Assembly: GCA_910578855.1 (NCBI GenBank)
Contig: CAJTRV010000004.1
Location: forward strand, 5,551-69,550
Direction: 5' to 3'
DNA from: an uncultured Bacilli bacterium
GTDB lineage: Bacteria > Bacillota_I > Bacilli_A > RF39 > UBA660
Length of the DNA stretch: 64,000 bases
Positions 20,490-29,586 of the stretch are shown here, one piece after another (position 1 is the first letter of the stretch; every line of letters starts with the position of its first letter). Made by a program: the position numbers and the translations under genes. The notes beneath the pieces were generated by a model that saw only the letters and a program-made list of their open reading frames with translations, did not search any database and was not told where the DNA came from.

Positions 20490-21890
20490 TTATTTCTCCT
20501 CTATTTCATATGTCGTACCAACTCTTGTATCTCGAAGCACAATTCCTTGTTTTAAGAGCTCTGATCGAATTCGATCGGCAGTTGCAAAGTCTTTTTGCTC
20601 TTTGGCTTCTTGACGTTTGGCTATTTGTTCTAAAATATATTGTTCTAAATTTTTATCAACTTCAACTGTTTCTAACAATGACAATGATAAAACAGAATCG
20701 AACTTACGTATCAAATCAAGTTTGGTCGCATTGTTACAATCCAATTTCAAGACATCATATAAAACAGTACAAGCATTGGCAGTATTTAAGTCATCCATTA
20801 ACGCTTCCTGAAATTGCCTGTCATACTGAAAAACGATTTTAGAATCAACTTCTCCACTAGAATCTAATAATAAACCTCGTACCCGCTGTTTTAGTTTTTG
20901 ATATGCCTTCGCCGCACTTTCTAATGATTCATAATGAAACAATAACTGTTTACGATAATGCGAACCAAGACAGAAAAAGCGGTAACTAAGTGGATCAAAG
21001 CCTTTTTCTTCTAAGGTTGCCACCGTAATAAATTCCCCAGTTGACTTACTCATCTTCCCACTTGCTATATTCAAGTGTTCATTATGAACCCAATAGTTAC
21101 ACCATTTATGCCCCAAATAGGCCTCACTTTGGGCAATTTCGTTGGTATGATGGGGAAAAATATTATCAACTCCGCCACAGTGAATATCCAATGTTTCCCC
21201 AAGATGACACATCGAGATACAGGAACATTCAATGTGCCAGCCAGGATAACCAATTCCCCATGGACTATCCCACTTCAGCTCCTGATCATCAAACTTTGAC
21301 TTAGTAAACCACAAAACAAAGTCGGCCTGATTTCGCTTACTATCATCATACTCTACCCCAGCCCGTGCTCCTACTACCAAGTCATCTTCCTGATGATTGG
21401 TCAGTTGATAATAATCATCTAGCTTAGATGTATCAAAATAAATATTACCTTGACTCTCATAGGCATACCCTTTGGCTAGTAACGTCTCAATCATTTTAAT
21501 ATAATCAGCAATATGGCTCGTTGCTGGGGAAACAATATCAGGGTATTTAATATTTAATTTTTCACAGTCTTGAAAAAATGCTTTCGTATATAAATCAGCA
21601 ATTTCTAATACCGTTTTATGTTCCCGTTTGGCCCCCTTTAACATTTTATCTTCACCAGTATCTGCATCACTACTAAGATGTCCAACATCGGTAATATTCA
21701 TCACTCTCGTAACCTCGTATCCGATATACCGTAAAGTCTTTTCTAAAATATCTTCCATAATATAATTACGAAGATTTCCAATATGTGCATAGTGATATAC
21801 CGTCGGACCACAAGTATACATTTTTACTTTTCCTTCTTCAAGGGGAACAAATGGTTCGATCTTTCCAGACAATGTGTTATATAATTTCAT
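20490..21890 (-). CDS. cysS: Cysteine--tRNA ligase
   Basis: CGPTVY HIGH region and a KMSKS motif. The start was set to MKLYNTL, which has a GGAGGG RBS. The track ORF begins 15 nt earlier, inside that RBS. Confidence 0.9.
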   Translation of the reverse strand: MKLYNTLSGKIEPFVPLEEGKVKMYTCGPTVYHYAHIGNLRNYIMEDILEKTLRYIGYEVTRVMNITDVGHLSSDADTGEDKMLKGAKREHKTVLEIADLYTKAFFQDCEKLNIKYPDIVSPATSHIADYIKMIETLLAKGYAYESQGNIYFDTSKLDDYYQLTNHQEDDLVVGARAGVEYDDSKRNQADFVLWFTKSKFDDQELKWDSPWGIGYPGWHIECSCISMCHLGETLDIHCGGVDNIFPHHTNEIAQSEAYLGHKWCNYWVHNEHLNIASGKMSKSTGEFITVATLEEKGFDPLSYRFFCLGSHYRKQLLFHYESLESAAKAYQKLKQRVRGLLLDSSGEVDSKIVFQYDRQFQEALMDDLNTANACTVLYDVLKLDCNNATKLDLIRKFDSVLSLSLLETVEVDKNLEQYILEQIAKRQEAKEQKDFATADRIRSELLKQGIVLRDTRVGTTYEIEEK

Positions 21891-21910
21891 AGTTTCCCTC
21901 CACACTATTT

Positions 21911-21943
21911 ATTATATCATATCTCATTTACTTTGGAAATATG
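21911..21943 (-). promoter_or_regulatory. Candidate cysS promoter (TTCCAA-16-TGaTATAAT, extended -10)
   Basis: Read on the minus strand immediately upstream of the cysS RBS. It leaves only a ~15-20 nt leader. Confidence 0.35.
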
Positions 21944-22030
21944 TTCGACATCTCTATATTCCGCTATATTTATGGTACCTAGACCAAAAAGATTTAAAAC
22001 TATTTTTACATCTTCTTAAAGTAAGTATTT

Positions 22031-22059
22031 GAATATTCATCCCCAACATGTTATAATAC
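22031..22059 (+). promoter_or_regulatory. Sigma-A-like promoter TTGAAT-17-TATAAT
   Basis: Sequence ttgaatattcatccccaacatgttataat upstream of the ORF at 22155. Confidence 0.45.
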
Positions 22060-22154
22060 AACCATTCCAAGTCACGCTTTTAAATACCATAAAAAGAAGT
22101 GAGGAAAATATAATATATATATCTTACTATTTATGTATATTATATTACTTTATA

Positions 22155-22907
22155 ATGAAATATAATTTAGACAAAGAGGCGGCGCTATTTATCGATAGAA
22201 TTAATCATGGTTTTTTCTACCAAGATTACCTAAAAAACGGGGCAAAAAGTTATCACGATACCGGAAAAGCAGACCAAGATGTCCAGACGTTCCTTGATTG
22301 TATGCTTTTAGATTTTCCTGATTTATTCGCCCAGGAAACCCCTTATACAATTAATGTCAAATACAGCGAATTATTAGATCCAATTTATTTTGAAACAATG
22401 AAAAATAGATATAAAATGATTCTAGAAGAAATGATAGCTTTCATTGAAAAAGGTAATCATGAAAATAATTTAATTATAAATACCAATCTTTTAAGTCAGG
22501 CTATTTTGGATTACTTTCTTAATATTCAACATTTAAAGAGTATTTATAATGTTTACAATGTTAACACCGATATCATCTATGCTGATACAGCATTCTGGCT
22601 CTTACGAAAGAAGCCTATTCAAGTTATCCCTACTTTGAATCATGATGAAATAACAATTCCAAACCAAAAGGAAGCAATCAATCAATTCCTATTTATCAAT
22701 GAAGAGTTTGTTGCTTTCCAAATGATAAGTAATCTTTTATCAGACTTAGAAATTAATCCATTCTTATTAAAAACGGAAGAAACACATCTTACTGAGTTTT
22801 ATAATCATTTATTATACTATTTTAAAAATTATGATTTCACATCATTCCATTTAGAGTTAATGGTGAAGGGATTTAGATCCGGCTATACATTCGGTAAAAG
22901 AAAATAA
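22155..22907 (+). CDS. Hypothetical protein
   Basis: The track ORF 22029-22907 begins inside the promoter. The in-frame Met at 22155 (MKYNLDKE) was taken as the start. No recognisable domain. Confidence 0.45.
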   Translation: MKYNLDKEAALFIDRINHGFFYQDYLKNGAKSYHDTGKADQDVQTFLDCMLLDFPDLFAQETPYTINVKYSELLDPIYFETMKNRYKMILEEMIAFIEKGNHENNLIINTNLLSQAILDYFLNIQHLKSIYNVYNVNTDIIYADTAFWLLRKKPIQVIPTLNHDEITIPNQKEAINQFLFINEEFVAFQMISNLLSDLEINPFLLKTEETHLTEFYNHLLYYFKNYDFTSFHLELMVKGFRSGYTFGKRK

Positions 22908-22944
22908 TTTTAATACCTTTCATGCCAAAATAAAAGACTAAATA

Positions 22945-22978
22945 GCAAAGTTGATTTTCAAAACCGCCTTTGCTACTA
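22945..22978 (+). terminator. Terminator hairpin between convergent genes
   Basis: TAGCAAAG...CTTTGCTA stem. A second palindrome aataaaccggtttatt lies at 22997-23012. Confidence 0.4.
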
Positions 22979-23061
22979 GCCTATAAAATTTTAAAATAAA
23001 CCGGTTTATTACAATTGGGAACTTTTCTAAAGTTGCCAGGATCGATTATATATCCCATTGT

Positions 23062-24021
23062 TTAAGAAATTATCTCATAATCTAACAATTCAATTTGATT
23101 AGATAAATAAGCTGCATCAGAATTGATCTCATCGGCATACGAAGTAGATAAATATTTTTTATTATCATCAGGAAAAACGGTTGCAACTACTCCAGGATAA
23201 TCAGCTTGTTCTAAGACAGCTGCTAAAAAATTAGCACCCGAAGAAATTCCTACGCCAAGTCCAAGTTTGGCTGCTAAGAGCCTTGCCATATTAACTGCAT
23301 CATCATCATTAATTAATCGAACATCATCTAATAATGATTGATCGACTAATTCAGGAATAAAATCATCGCCAATTCCCTCAATTTTATGTTGACCGAGTAT
23401 CGCTCCATTTGTCAGCATTGGCATCTTATCAGGTTCTAAAGCTACAACCCGAATACGAGGGTTATTCTCTTTGAGATAAGAGCCAATCCCCATTAATGTT
23501 CCACCCGTTCCAATCCCTGATACAAAACTCGTAACACCAGGAAGCGATTTATATATCTCTAAAGCGGTACTTTTATAATGGGCCTTTCGATTATCAGAAT
23601 TTGAAAATTGATCAGGTCGATATCCACCAAGTGTTTTCGCTAAGGCATCTGCTTTTGCAATACACCCAGCAAACCCACCTTCTGCTTTAGATACCAGTGT
23701 AAGATGGGCGCCATATCGCTTCATCATAAGTTGTCGTTCTTTGCTACACCAATCTGGCATAAAAATATAAACTGAGTGATGATAACGAGCTCCTAACGCT
23801 GCAATCGATATTCCTGTATTCCCACTCGTTGCTTCGATAATCGGCATACCATCTTTTAACATTCCCGTTTGTTTGGCATTCGTTAATATATAATCGACCA
23901 TTCGGTCTTTAATGCTACCTGATAAATTATAGTACTCTAATTTGGTATAACATGAGCCCATCACTCCTTGATATCGATAGTTTATTTTGATCATTGGGGT
24001 ATTTCCAATTAATGTTGTCAT
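23062..24021 (-). CDS. PLP-dependent cysteine synthase / O-acetylserine sulfhydrylase family protein
   Basis: GNTPM...SGSIKDR (PLP lysine) and SGNTGIS motifs. The start was set to MTTLIGNTPM, which has a GAGGAAA RBS. Confidence 0.8.
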   Translation of the reverse strand: MTTLIGNTPMIKINYRYQGVMGSCYTKLEYYNLSGSIKDRMVDYILTNAKQTGMLKDGMPIIEATSGNTGISIAALGARYHHSVYIFMPDWCSKERQLMMKRYGAHLTLVSKAEGGFAGCIAKADALAKTLGGYRPDQFSNSDNRKAHYKSTALEIYKSLPGVTSFVSGIGTGGTLMGIGSYLKENNPRIRVVALEPDKMPMLTNGAILGQHKIEGIGDDFIPELVDQSLLDDVRLINDDDAVNMARLLAAKLGLGVGISSGANFLAAVLEQADYPGVVATVFPDDNKKYLSTSYADEINSDAAYLSNQIELLDYEIIS

Positions 24022-24092
24022 CTTTTTCCTCACTTTCACATATATTATTATAGCCAATTTTTAAATAATTGCCCTCTTTTTTAGAAATAATG

Positions 24093-24121
24093 TTGCAAAA
24101 TCATCAAACTTATGATATTAT
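24093..24121 (+). promoter_or_regulatory. Promoter TTGCAA-17-TATTAT for the tRNA pair
   Basis: Lies 20 nt upstream of the first tRNA. Confidence 0.5.
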
Positions 24122-24139
24122 TAAATAGCGATGTATCTT

Positions 24140-24216
24140 GGACCTTTAGCTCAGTTGGTTAGAGCATCCGGCTCATAACCGGACGGTCGATGGTTCGAGT
24201 CCATCAAGGTCCACCA
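24140..24216 (+). tRNA. tRNA with anticodon CAU; the GGACC... acceptor stem suggests tRNA-Ile2 (lysidine) rather than elongator Met
   Basis: 77 nt cloverleaf. Acceptor GGACCTT/AAGGTCC. Anticodon loop CTCATAA. Encoded CCA. Confidence 0.8.
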
Positions 24217-24222
24217 TTACTT

Positions 24223-24307
24223 GCGAGTGTGGCGAAATTGGCAGACGCACTAGACTTAGGATCTAGCGCCTTATGGCATGGGGGTTCAAGTCCCTTCACT
24301 CGCACCA
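24223..24307 (+). tRNA. tRNA-Leu (anticodon UAG)
   Basis: 85 nt. Acceptor GCGAGTG/CACTCGC. Anticodon loop CTTAGGA. Long variable arm. Encoded CCA. Confidence 0.8.
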
Positions 24308-24672
24308 TCGATGAATCTGTTCGAACTATTCGAACTTCATATATAAATATCAACTCAATTTGGGTTGATTTTTTCGTTATATGGAAAATCATCCTACTAA
24401 GAAAAGCTAGTGTCTATGATAAACATTATTAAGCAAGAAATAACTTTTGATGAATCTTTAAAATAAAAATTAGAGTTTATCTATAGTTTTTGCAATACTA
24501 CATCTACTATTTATAATGAATTTATCATATTTCTTCATTATTCTTATCTCCAATGATATCATACTAAGATGTATCACAAGGGTAAATTTTTCATTAAAAA
24601 ACGTCTATACCCAAAACTGCACCAGCGTATTTTGACCAAGTTACTTTAAATTCACTTTGGACTACTTTTAGA

Positions 24673-25110
24673 TTAGCAGTAAATTTTATAGTCTTTACTT
24701 GGAACATATTTTAAGAAATTTCTAATTAAACGTACAATACATCTTTGTACAATAACACCTTTAAAGATTCCTTTTGCACCATCCTCAATACCACTGACTT
24801 CATCCATAGAAATAAAGAATATGTCTTCAACACCACGAGTTTTTATCTCATCAAATATTTGCACCCAAGAATGCTTCGATTCTGTCTCATTTAACCAGAT
24901 ACCAGTGAGATCCCTATGACTATCATCATATCCAAGTATTATATAAACAGCACTTTCCGTACGTTCAGATTCATAACACATCATAACATACACATTTCAC
25001 CCTGTAGCATCACCTCAAACATAGGAACAAATACATCTTTTAATACATCCGGCACTTCTTTAGTAGTTTCTGGTTGATAAACACCTAACATTGATTGAAA
25101 TAGCTCATTT
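24673..25110 (-). pseudogene. IS256-family (mutator-type) transposase remnant, truncated at both ends and frameshifted
   Basis: AVYIILGYDDSHRDLTGIWLNETESKHSWVQIFDEIKTRGVEDIFFISMDEVSGIEDGAK...CIVRLIRNFLKYV matches the IS256 Tnp core. An upstream out-of-frame segment NELFQSMLGVYQPETTKEVPDVLKD continues the homology. Confidence 0.6.
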
Positions 25111-25210
25111 TACTTCTCATACTTTTACCTCTTTCATTTATTTTATCACACTATAAAAGTGCGTAGCTTTTACTAGACTACACACTTTATTTTACGCACT
25201 CTCGACTTAA

Positions 25211-25558
25211 TTATAATTTGATGCTAATATTTTTAGTTGCTCCCTGATTACCAGTTGCAAATACTTTTATACTTTCTGGATCTGTTAAAAAGTACATGTT
25301 GTAAACTACTTTTTCCCTTATTAATTGTAACCATTTATTATCATCATCAACCATAGATCTACCAAACCTTGAAATTAGAACTAAATCGTCACCAATTTCA
25401 GTTATGTTTCTTTTTATTGTATCAACGTCATTGTGAATAAATCCACATGCATCTGAACAAGCTAAAAGATAATCTAGCGCCTGAAAATCTTCTAAACTTT
25501 GAAGTCGATTCCAAAGCCTACCACTTTTTAAAGTCGTCAAACTTGCTAAACTTATCAA
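25211..25558 (-). CDS. Hypothetical ORF, probably a gene fragment (TTG start in track)
   Basis: The frame stays open ~60 nt upstream of the called start. No recognisable domain. Confidence 0.3.
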   Translation of the reverse strand: MISLASLTTLKSGRLWNRLQSLEDFQALDYLLACSDACGFIHNDVDTIKRNITEIGDDLVLISRFGRSMVDDDNKWLQLIREKVVYNMYFLTDPESIKVFATGNQGATKNISIKL

Positions 25559-25645
25559 TAGATGTTCATCAATCCCTAACTCTTGTAAGATAAATGTCGT
25601 CAGTATTGATATATAATATCTCTAAAGTTTAAAAATAACTAAAAA

Positions 25646-26650
25646 TTATAATAGCGTTTTTAATACTAAGTCAATTAAAAAAGAGATCGTTTTAGATTTT
25701 CCATAAAATTGATAAAAAAAGTTTCTAATATAGGTATTATAAATTAAGAATTTTGATATTCTATGATTAAAAATTATAAATCTATCCTTCCACATTCGAA
25801 CTTTATAAAACCAATTCATTGATTTTGATAAATTATAAGAAGATGATACAGCATAATAAATTCCCTCACCACTTACTGGAGAAATAAGACCTGCGGCATC
25901 TCCTACAAAAAATATATCCCCTTTTCTCAGAAAAATATTATTCCCTGTTGGCAAAAAGGCTCCCCTCATAGGAATATCATTCTTTAAATAAAAATGATTT
26001 AAAAATATATTTTGAATATCCGTATTTTGAGAAACATCTCCCAACCCCCTCAAATTAGTTTTATTATTTGAAATAGTCCAAGCATATCCTTTGAAATGAT
26101 TAAAAAAATCTATTTGAATTATTTCGTTTTTTATGGCATTTTCACTTTCAATAGCAAAATTCATTTTCTGACGTTTACCTGTCAAATCATTTCTTACTTT
26201 ACTAAAAACCCCGTCTGCCCCAACTAAATGATTATATTTAAAAGCTTTCTCAGAAGTATATATAATTTTATTTTTAAAATCTATTTTTTCATAACTAGTG
26301 TTATCAATAACTTTCCCACCACATTGTTTAAACTGATTAACTACAAAATCGTCCAAATCTTTTCTATCTATTGTATATATCGAATGCATCTTTATTTCTT
26401 TTGTAATTCCATTATTATTAACCTTAAAAGTATCAAATTTTTTAAAATCTATTTTTGCAAGTTCTGTTCCATATATTTTAAATAAAAGTTTATATGCCTT
26501 CGTTGTAACGATCCCCCCACATAATTTGTTTTTCTTTTTTAAATCTTGACTTTCAACAATCATTACAGTTTGTTTTTTATTTAGAAGAAGATTACCCAAA
26601 GTGCATCCTGCTAATCCCGCTCCTATTATTATAGTATCAAAATACTCCAT
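25646..26650 (-). CDS. FAD-dependent oxidoreductase, geranylgeranyl-reductase-like family
   Basis: IIGAGLAGC (GxGxxG), CGGIV and GDAAGLISPVSGEGI motifs. The gene is extremely AT-rich. Confidence 0.65.
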   Translation of the reverse strand: MEYFDTIIIGAGLAGCTLGNLLLNKKQTVMIVESQDLKKKNKLCGGIVTTKAYKLLFKIYGTELAKIDFKKFDTFKVNNNGITKEIKMHSIYTIDRKDLDDFVVNQFKQCGGKVIDNTSYEKIDFKNKIIYTSEKAFKYNHLVGADGVFSKVRNDLTGKRQKMNFAIESENAIKNEIIQIDFFNHFKGYAWTISNNKTNLRGLGDVSQNTDIQNIFLNHFYLKNDIPMRGAFLPTGNNIFLRKGDIFFVGDAAGLISPVSGEGIYYAVSSSYNLSKSMNWFYKVRMWKDRFIIFNHRISKFLIYNTYIRNFFYQFYGKSKTISFLIDLVLKTLL

Positions 26651-26894
26651 TTTAACCTCCGATATTTAAATTTTTCCTTTTGATAATTATACCATTTTTT
26701 ATAAATTTATAATAGAATACTAAAATCTTTTTATATGCTTTTTATTTAACCAAAAGTTACATAATTATAATCGATATCGTAAATATAGTATTAAATCAAT
26801 ATAGCTCCATCTTATCCTATTGTATACAACTCTATCTAATTACCGATCCCTGTCCCCTAACCTCATCAAAAATACACGTTATTCATAAAAAATA

Positions 26895-26903
26895 TGCTAT
26901 AAT
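26895..26903 (+). promoter_or_regulatory. Extended -10 (TGcTATAAT) upstream of the WYL regulator
   Basis: About 35 nt upstream of the GGAGGTG RBS and TTG start. Confidence 0.3.
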
Positions 26904-26937
26904 AGTTATAATCATTTTAACCATTGGAGGTGTTGGA

Positions 26938-27537
26938 TTGTCAAAGATATCAAATGTTATAACAATGCTTAATCTTCTAGCAACTGGTAAAAAATATGGC
27001 ATTAAAGAACTCGCTAATCTGCTAGAAGTATCACCAAGAATGATTAGAATATATAAAGAAGAGTTAGAAAAAGCAGGAATCTATATTGATTCTATTATGG
27101 GACCATATGGAGGATATGTCTTAAATCAAACAATTAGAATTCCAAAACGTAAATTTAAACAAGAAGATTATCTATTACTCGATCAACTACTAACGAATCA
27201 TATTTCTAATCTAGAAAAAGAAAAACTAGAACTATTAAAAGATAAAATTAGAGGTATCTACATTGGAAGTACCCAAGAAAGAGTCGAATTAAATTTGGAC
27301 GATTACAATTTAAAAAAATATAATATTTTAACACGAGCCATTAAAGAAAGACAAAAAGTAAATACCTTATATTATTCTTATAACAAAGGTGAACATGAAA
27401 GAGTAATCTGTCCAGCTGAAATGTTTTTATTTAAAGATGGCTGGTATTGTGCCGCCTATTGCACCCTTAAACACGATATGAGACACTTTGAATTAAAACG
27501 AATTAGAAATATAGAACTTTTAGATGATAAATTTTAG
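26938..27537 (+). CDS. HTH + WYL-domain transcriptional regulator
   Basis: N-terminal DeoR-type HTH (YGIKELANLLEVSPRMIRIY). C-terminal WYL region (LFKDGWYCAAYCTLKHDMRHFELKRI). TTG start with a GGAGGTG RBS. Confidence 0.75.
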   Translation: MSKISNVITMLNLLATGKKYGIKELANLLEVSPRMIRIYKEELEKAGIYIDSIMGPYGGYVLNQTIRIPKRKFKQEDYLLLDQLLTNHISNLEKEKLELLKDKIRGIYIGSTQERVELNLDDYNLKKYNILTRAIKERQKVNTLYYSYNKGEHERVICPAEMFLFKDGWYCAAYCTLKHDMRHFELKRIRNIELLDDKF

Positions 27538-27549
27538 AGTAGACCATAT

Positions 27550-27592
27550 ATTACCTCCTTACGTGATAAGATTCATGTAGGAGGTAATTTTA
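27550..27592 (+). terminator. Terminator-like hairpin whose 3' arm is the SD of the next gene
   Basis: 10-bp perfect stem ATTACCTCCT / AGGAGGTAAT, 19-nt loop, then TTTTAATT and an ATG at 27596. Confidence 0.5.
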
Positions 27593-27595
27593 ATT

Positions 27596-28510
27596 ATGAA
27601 AGACAATATGAATGATAATTTTTCTAAATTACAAGCAAGAGTCTTCGATTCTATAGGCAAAACAGATTTACTAGCAATACGAAATATTTTATCTACAATA
27701 AAGGACCCTACACTGGTAAGTGGGGTCGGTGGTTCATCCGTAGTGAGTTTATTTTTATCCAAAGTATTAAGTGCTAAAAATAATATTATATGTGAAGATG
27801 TGACCCCAAGAGACTTAAATTATAAAAATTTACAAGGTTTTAAAAATATCATCGTCTGTAGTTATGGAGGGCTTAACTATGGTGTTACAACAGCCTTTAA
27901 TCATGATTTAACAAAATATTTATTGGCTAGGAACACCAAAGACGAAATCATCAATCTTCAATATCAAAACGATGATCTAGAAAAAAGTTTTATTTCACTG
28001 GCGGCAACTTTAATCCCAATGACTATTTCCTTGATGTATTATTTGGACAATGATCCTACGATTATCTATGAAATTTTGAATTCATCACCTCAGTTTGATT
28101 TTATCGATCATGATATCTATGAAATATTGACTGGATACGAAACGAGCACAGCCGCAAGATTCATGGAATCAACCCTAGTCGAAGCAGGGCTTGCAATTCC
28201 TATCCTCCACGATAAATATGACTATTGTCATGGAAGAACAACATTAGGCTTTCAACAAGATCATGGTTTACTATTCTTTAATAATCATAATGAGTTAGAC
28301 CAACTATATAGCGAGATACTAAATCATGCCTATCACAACATCATCACAATCGATCGAAAATATGATGATCATATTATTAACGATTATTATTTTACCTATA
28401 TAAGTATGCTATTATGTAAGAAAATTGCCGAACAAAAAGGAAAAGATTTATCAAATGTAAGTTATTCGCCACTCGTCAAAAAACTATATTTTTATAAAGG
28501 AGAAATGTAA
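27596..28510 (+). CDS. Hypothetical protein with an N-terminal SIS-like (sugar isomerase/phosphosugar-binding) fold
   Basis: LVSGVGGSSVVSLFLSKVL resembles the SIS GxGxS nucleotide/sugar-phosphate loop. The remainder is unassigned. Confidence 0.4.
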   Translation: MKDNMNDNFSKLQARVFDSIGKTDLLAIRNILSTIKDPTLVSGVGGSSVVSLFLSKVLSAKNNIICEDVTPRDLNYKNLQGFKNIIVCSYGGLNYGVTTAFNHDLTKYLLARNTKDEIINLQYQNDDLEKSFISLAATLIPMTISLMYYLDNDPTIIYEILNSSPQFDFIDHDIYEILTGYETSTAARFMESTLVEAGLAIPILHDKYDYCHGRTTLGFQQDHGLLFFNNHNELDQLYSEILNHAYHNIITIDRKYDDHIINDYYFTYISMLLCKKIAEQKGKDLSNVSYSPLVKKLYFYKGEM

Positions 28511-28523
28511 AAAAAGTCTACAA

Positions 28524-29480
28524 TTAAATAGACTTTTTGATTTCATTCTTCTCAGGATAGATCGCAAATAAAACAATTTCCGTTGGAAAAATATTACTAC
28601 CATAAAATCTTAAATAAAATTCATATCCGGGACAAATCTCCTCGATCATTTTAGGAATTTTCCACAAATCCTCATGGTTATGGTAAACAGATAGTAATAA
28701 TTTAGGATGATCTTCTACAATATGTCGCCGACACCCTAATAATGCTTTCGTCTCTGCCCCTTCAATATCCATTTTCACCATTGTAATTGGTTCACTAATA
28801 TCATCATCCAAGGTTACCGTTTCGACAAATGTATTCCCATTGTCTACTAACACATTGGCAGAAGCATTGACCCTATTCGTATCCATCGAGACAACTTCTT
28901 GTCGATCAGTCACAGCTTTTTTACGACATACAATATTGGGATAATCTTTGACATTTGTTTGGAGATTTAAAAATGTCTCATCCGTCATTTCGTAACAATA
29001 AATTTTTTGATAAGCATCCAAGCCATAACTATGAATAAAGTCTAAGGTCGAATCACCAATATAAGCTCCAACATCAACCAATATTTCTTGATCACAAGTC
29101 ACAATATCTAAATCAAAATAGTGACAATAAGTTTGATCCATTAACTCCTTTAAAGTTGTAAAATCGTAATCATACCAATTATATAATATAGCAAATAATA
29201 ATTTTTTTGAACGATAATCTTTTAAGTGTTGATATAACCAGCGATAATCATCAATATGATCATGAAGTGATTCTGCTTTATTATGAATCTCTTCATATAC
29301 TTTCTTCTGATCATCTAATACACCCCAATAAGGAAAATCAGATAAGAATTGTTCCATTGACTGTTTCACTGCTAGTGGAAGTAGCTGGTACTTCTTCTTG
29401 ATATGTTCAAATACTTCTATCTTCGTTTTTCCTTTTATTTCCGAAGTTAACCATTCAAAATTGCGATCCACATAATTCAT
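28524..29480 (-). CDS. FkbM-family methyltransferase
   Basis: VDVGAYIGDST...MVKMDIEGAE signature. Confidence 0.7.
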   Translation of the reverse strand: MNYVDRNFEWLTSEIKGKTKIEVFEHIKKKYQLLPLAVKQSMEQFLSDFPYWGVLDDQKKVYEEIHNKAESLHDHIDDYRWLYQHLKDYRSKKLLFAILYNWYDYDFTTLKELMDQTYCHYFDLDIVTCDQEILVDVGAYIGDSTLDFIHSYGLDAYQKIYCYEMTDETFLNLQTNVKDYPNIVCRKKAVTDRQEVVSMDTNRVNASANVLVDNGNTFVETVTLDDDISEPITMVKMDIEGAETKALLGCRRHIVEDHPKLLLSVYHNHEDLWKIPKMIEEICPGYEFYLRFYGSNIFPTEIVLFAIYPEKNEIKKSI

Positions 29481-29586
29481 CTTCTCACATCCTATTTCTT
29501 TACATCATATTCTAAACTTGAAAAATGATACCAATAATTGATTAAAGAATCGGAAACGTCCATAAATAATATTATGAACGTTTTTT

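Noticed and set aside
22029-22154. Upstream extension of ORF 22029-22907
   Set aside because: The extension begins inside a TTGAAT-17-TATAAT promoter. The in-frame Met at 22155 was used as the start instead.
21891-22160. T-box riboswitch upstream of cysS
   Set aside because: Searched by eye for the T-box consensus (AGGGTGGNACCGCG). Only an isolated GGTACC is present and the leader is too short.
24190-24432. Track ORFs 24190-24432 (+) and 24204-24392 (-)
   Set aside because: They lie on top of the two tRNA genes and the following terminator hairpins, and have no RBS. Treated as spurious.
25120-25195. Imperfect 13-bp inverted repeat taaaagtgcgtag/ctacacactttta as an IS terminal repeat or terminator
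   Set aside because: Single copy with one mismatch. It may simply terminate the 25211-25558 ORF. Not enough evidence for an IS end.
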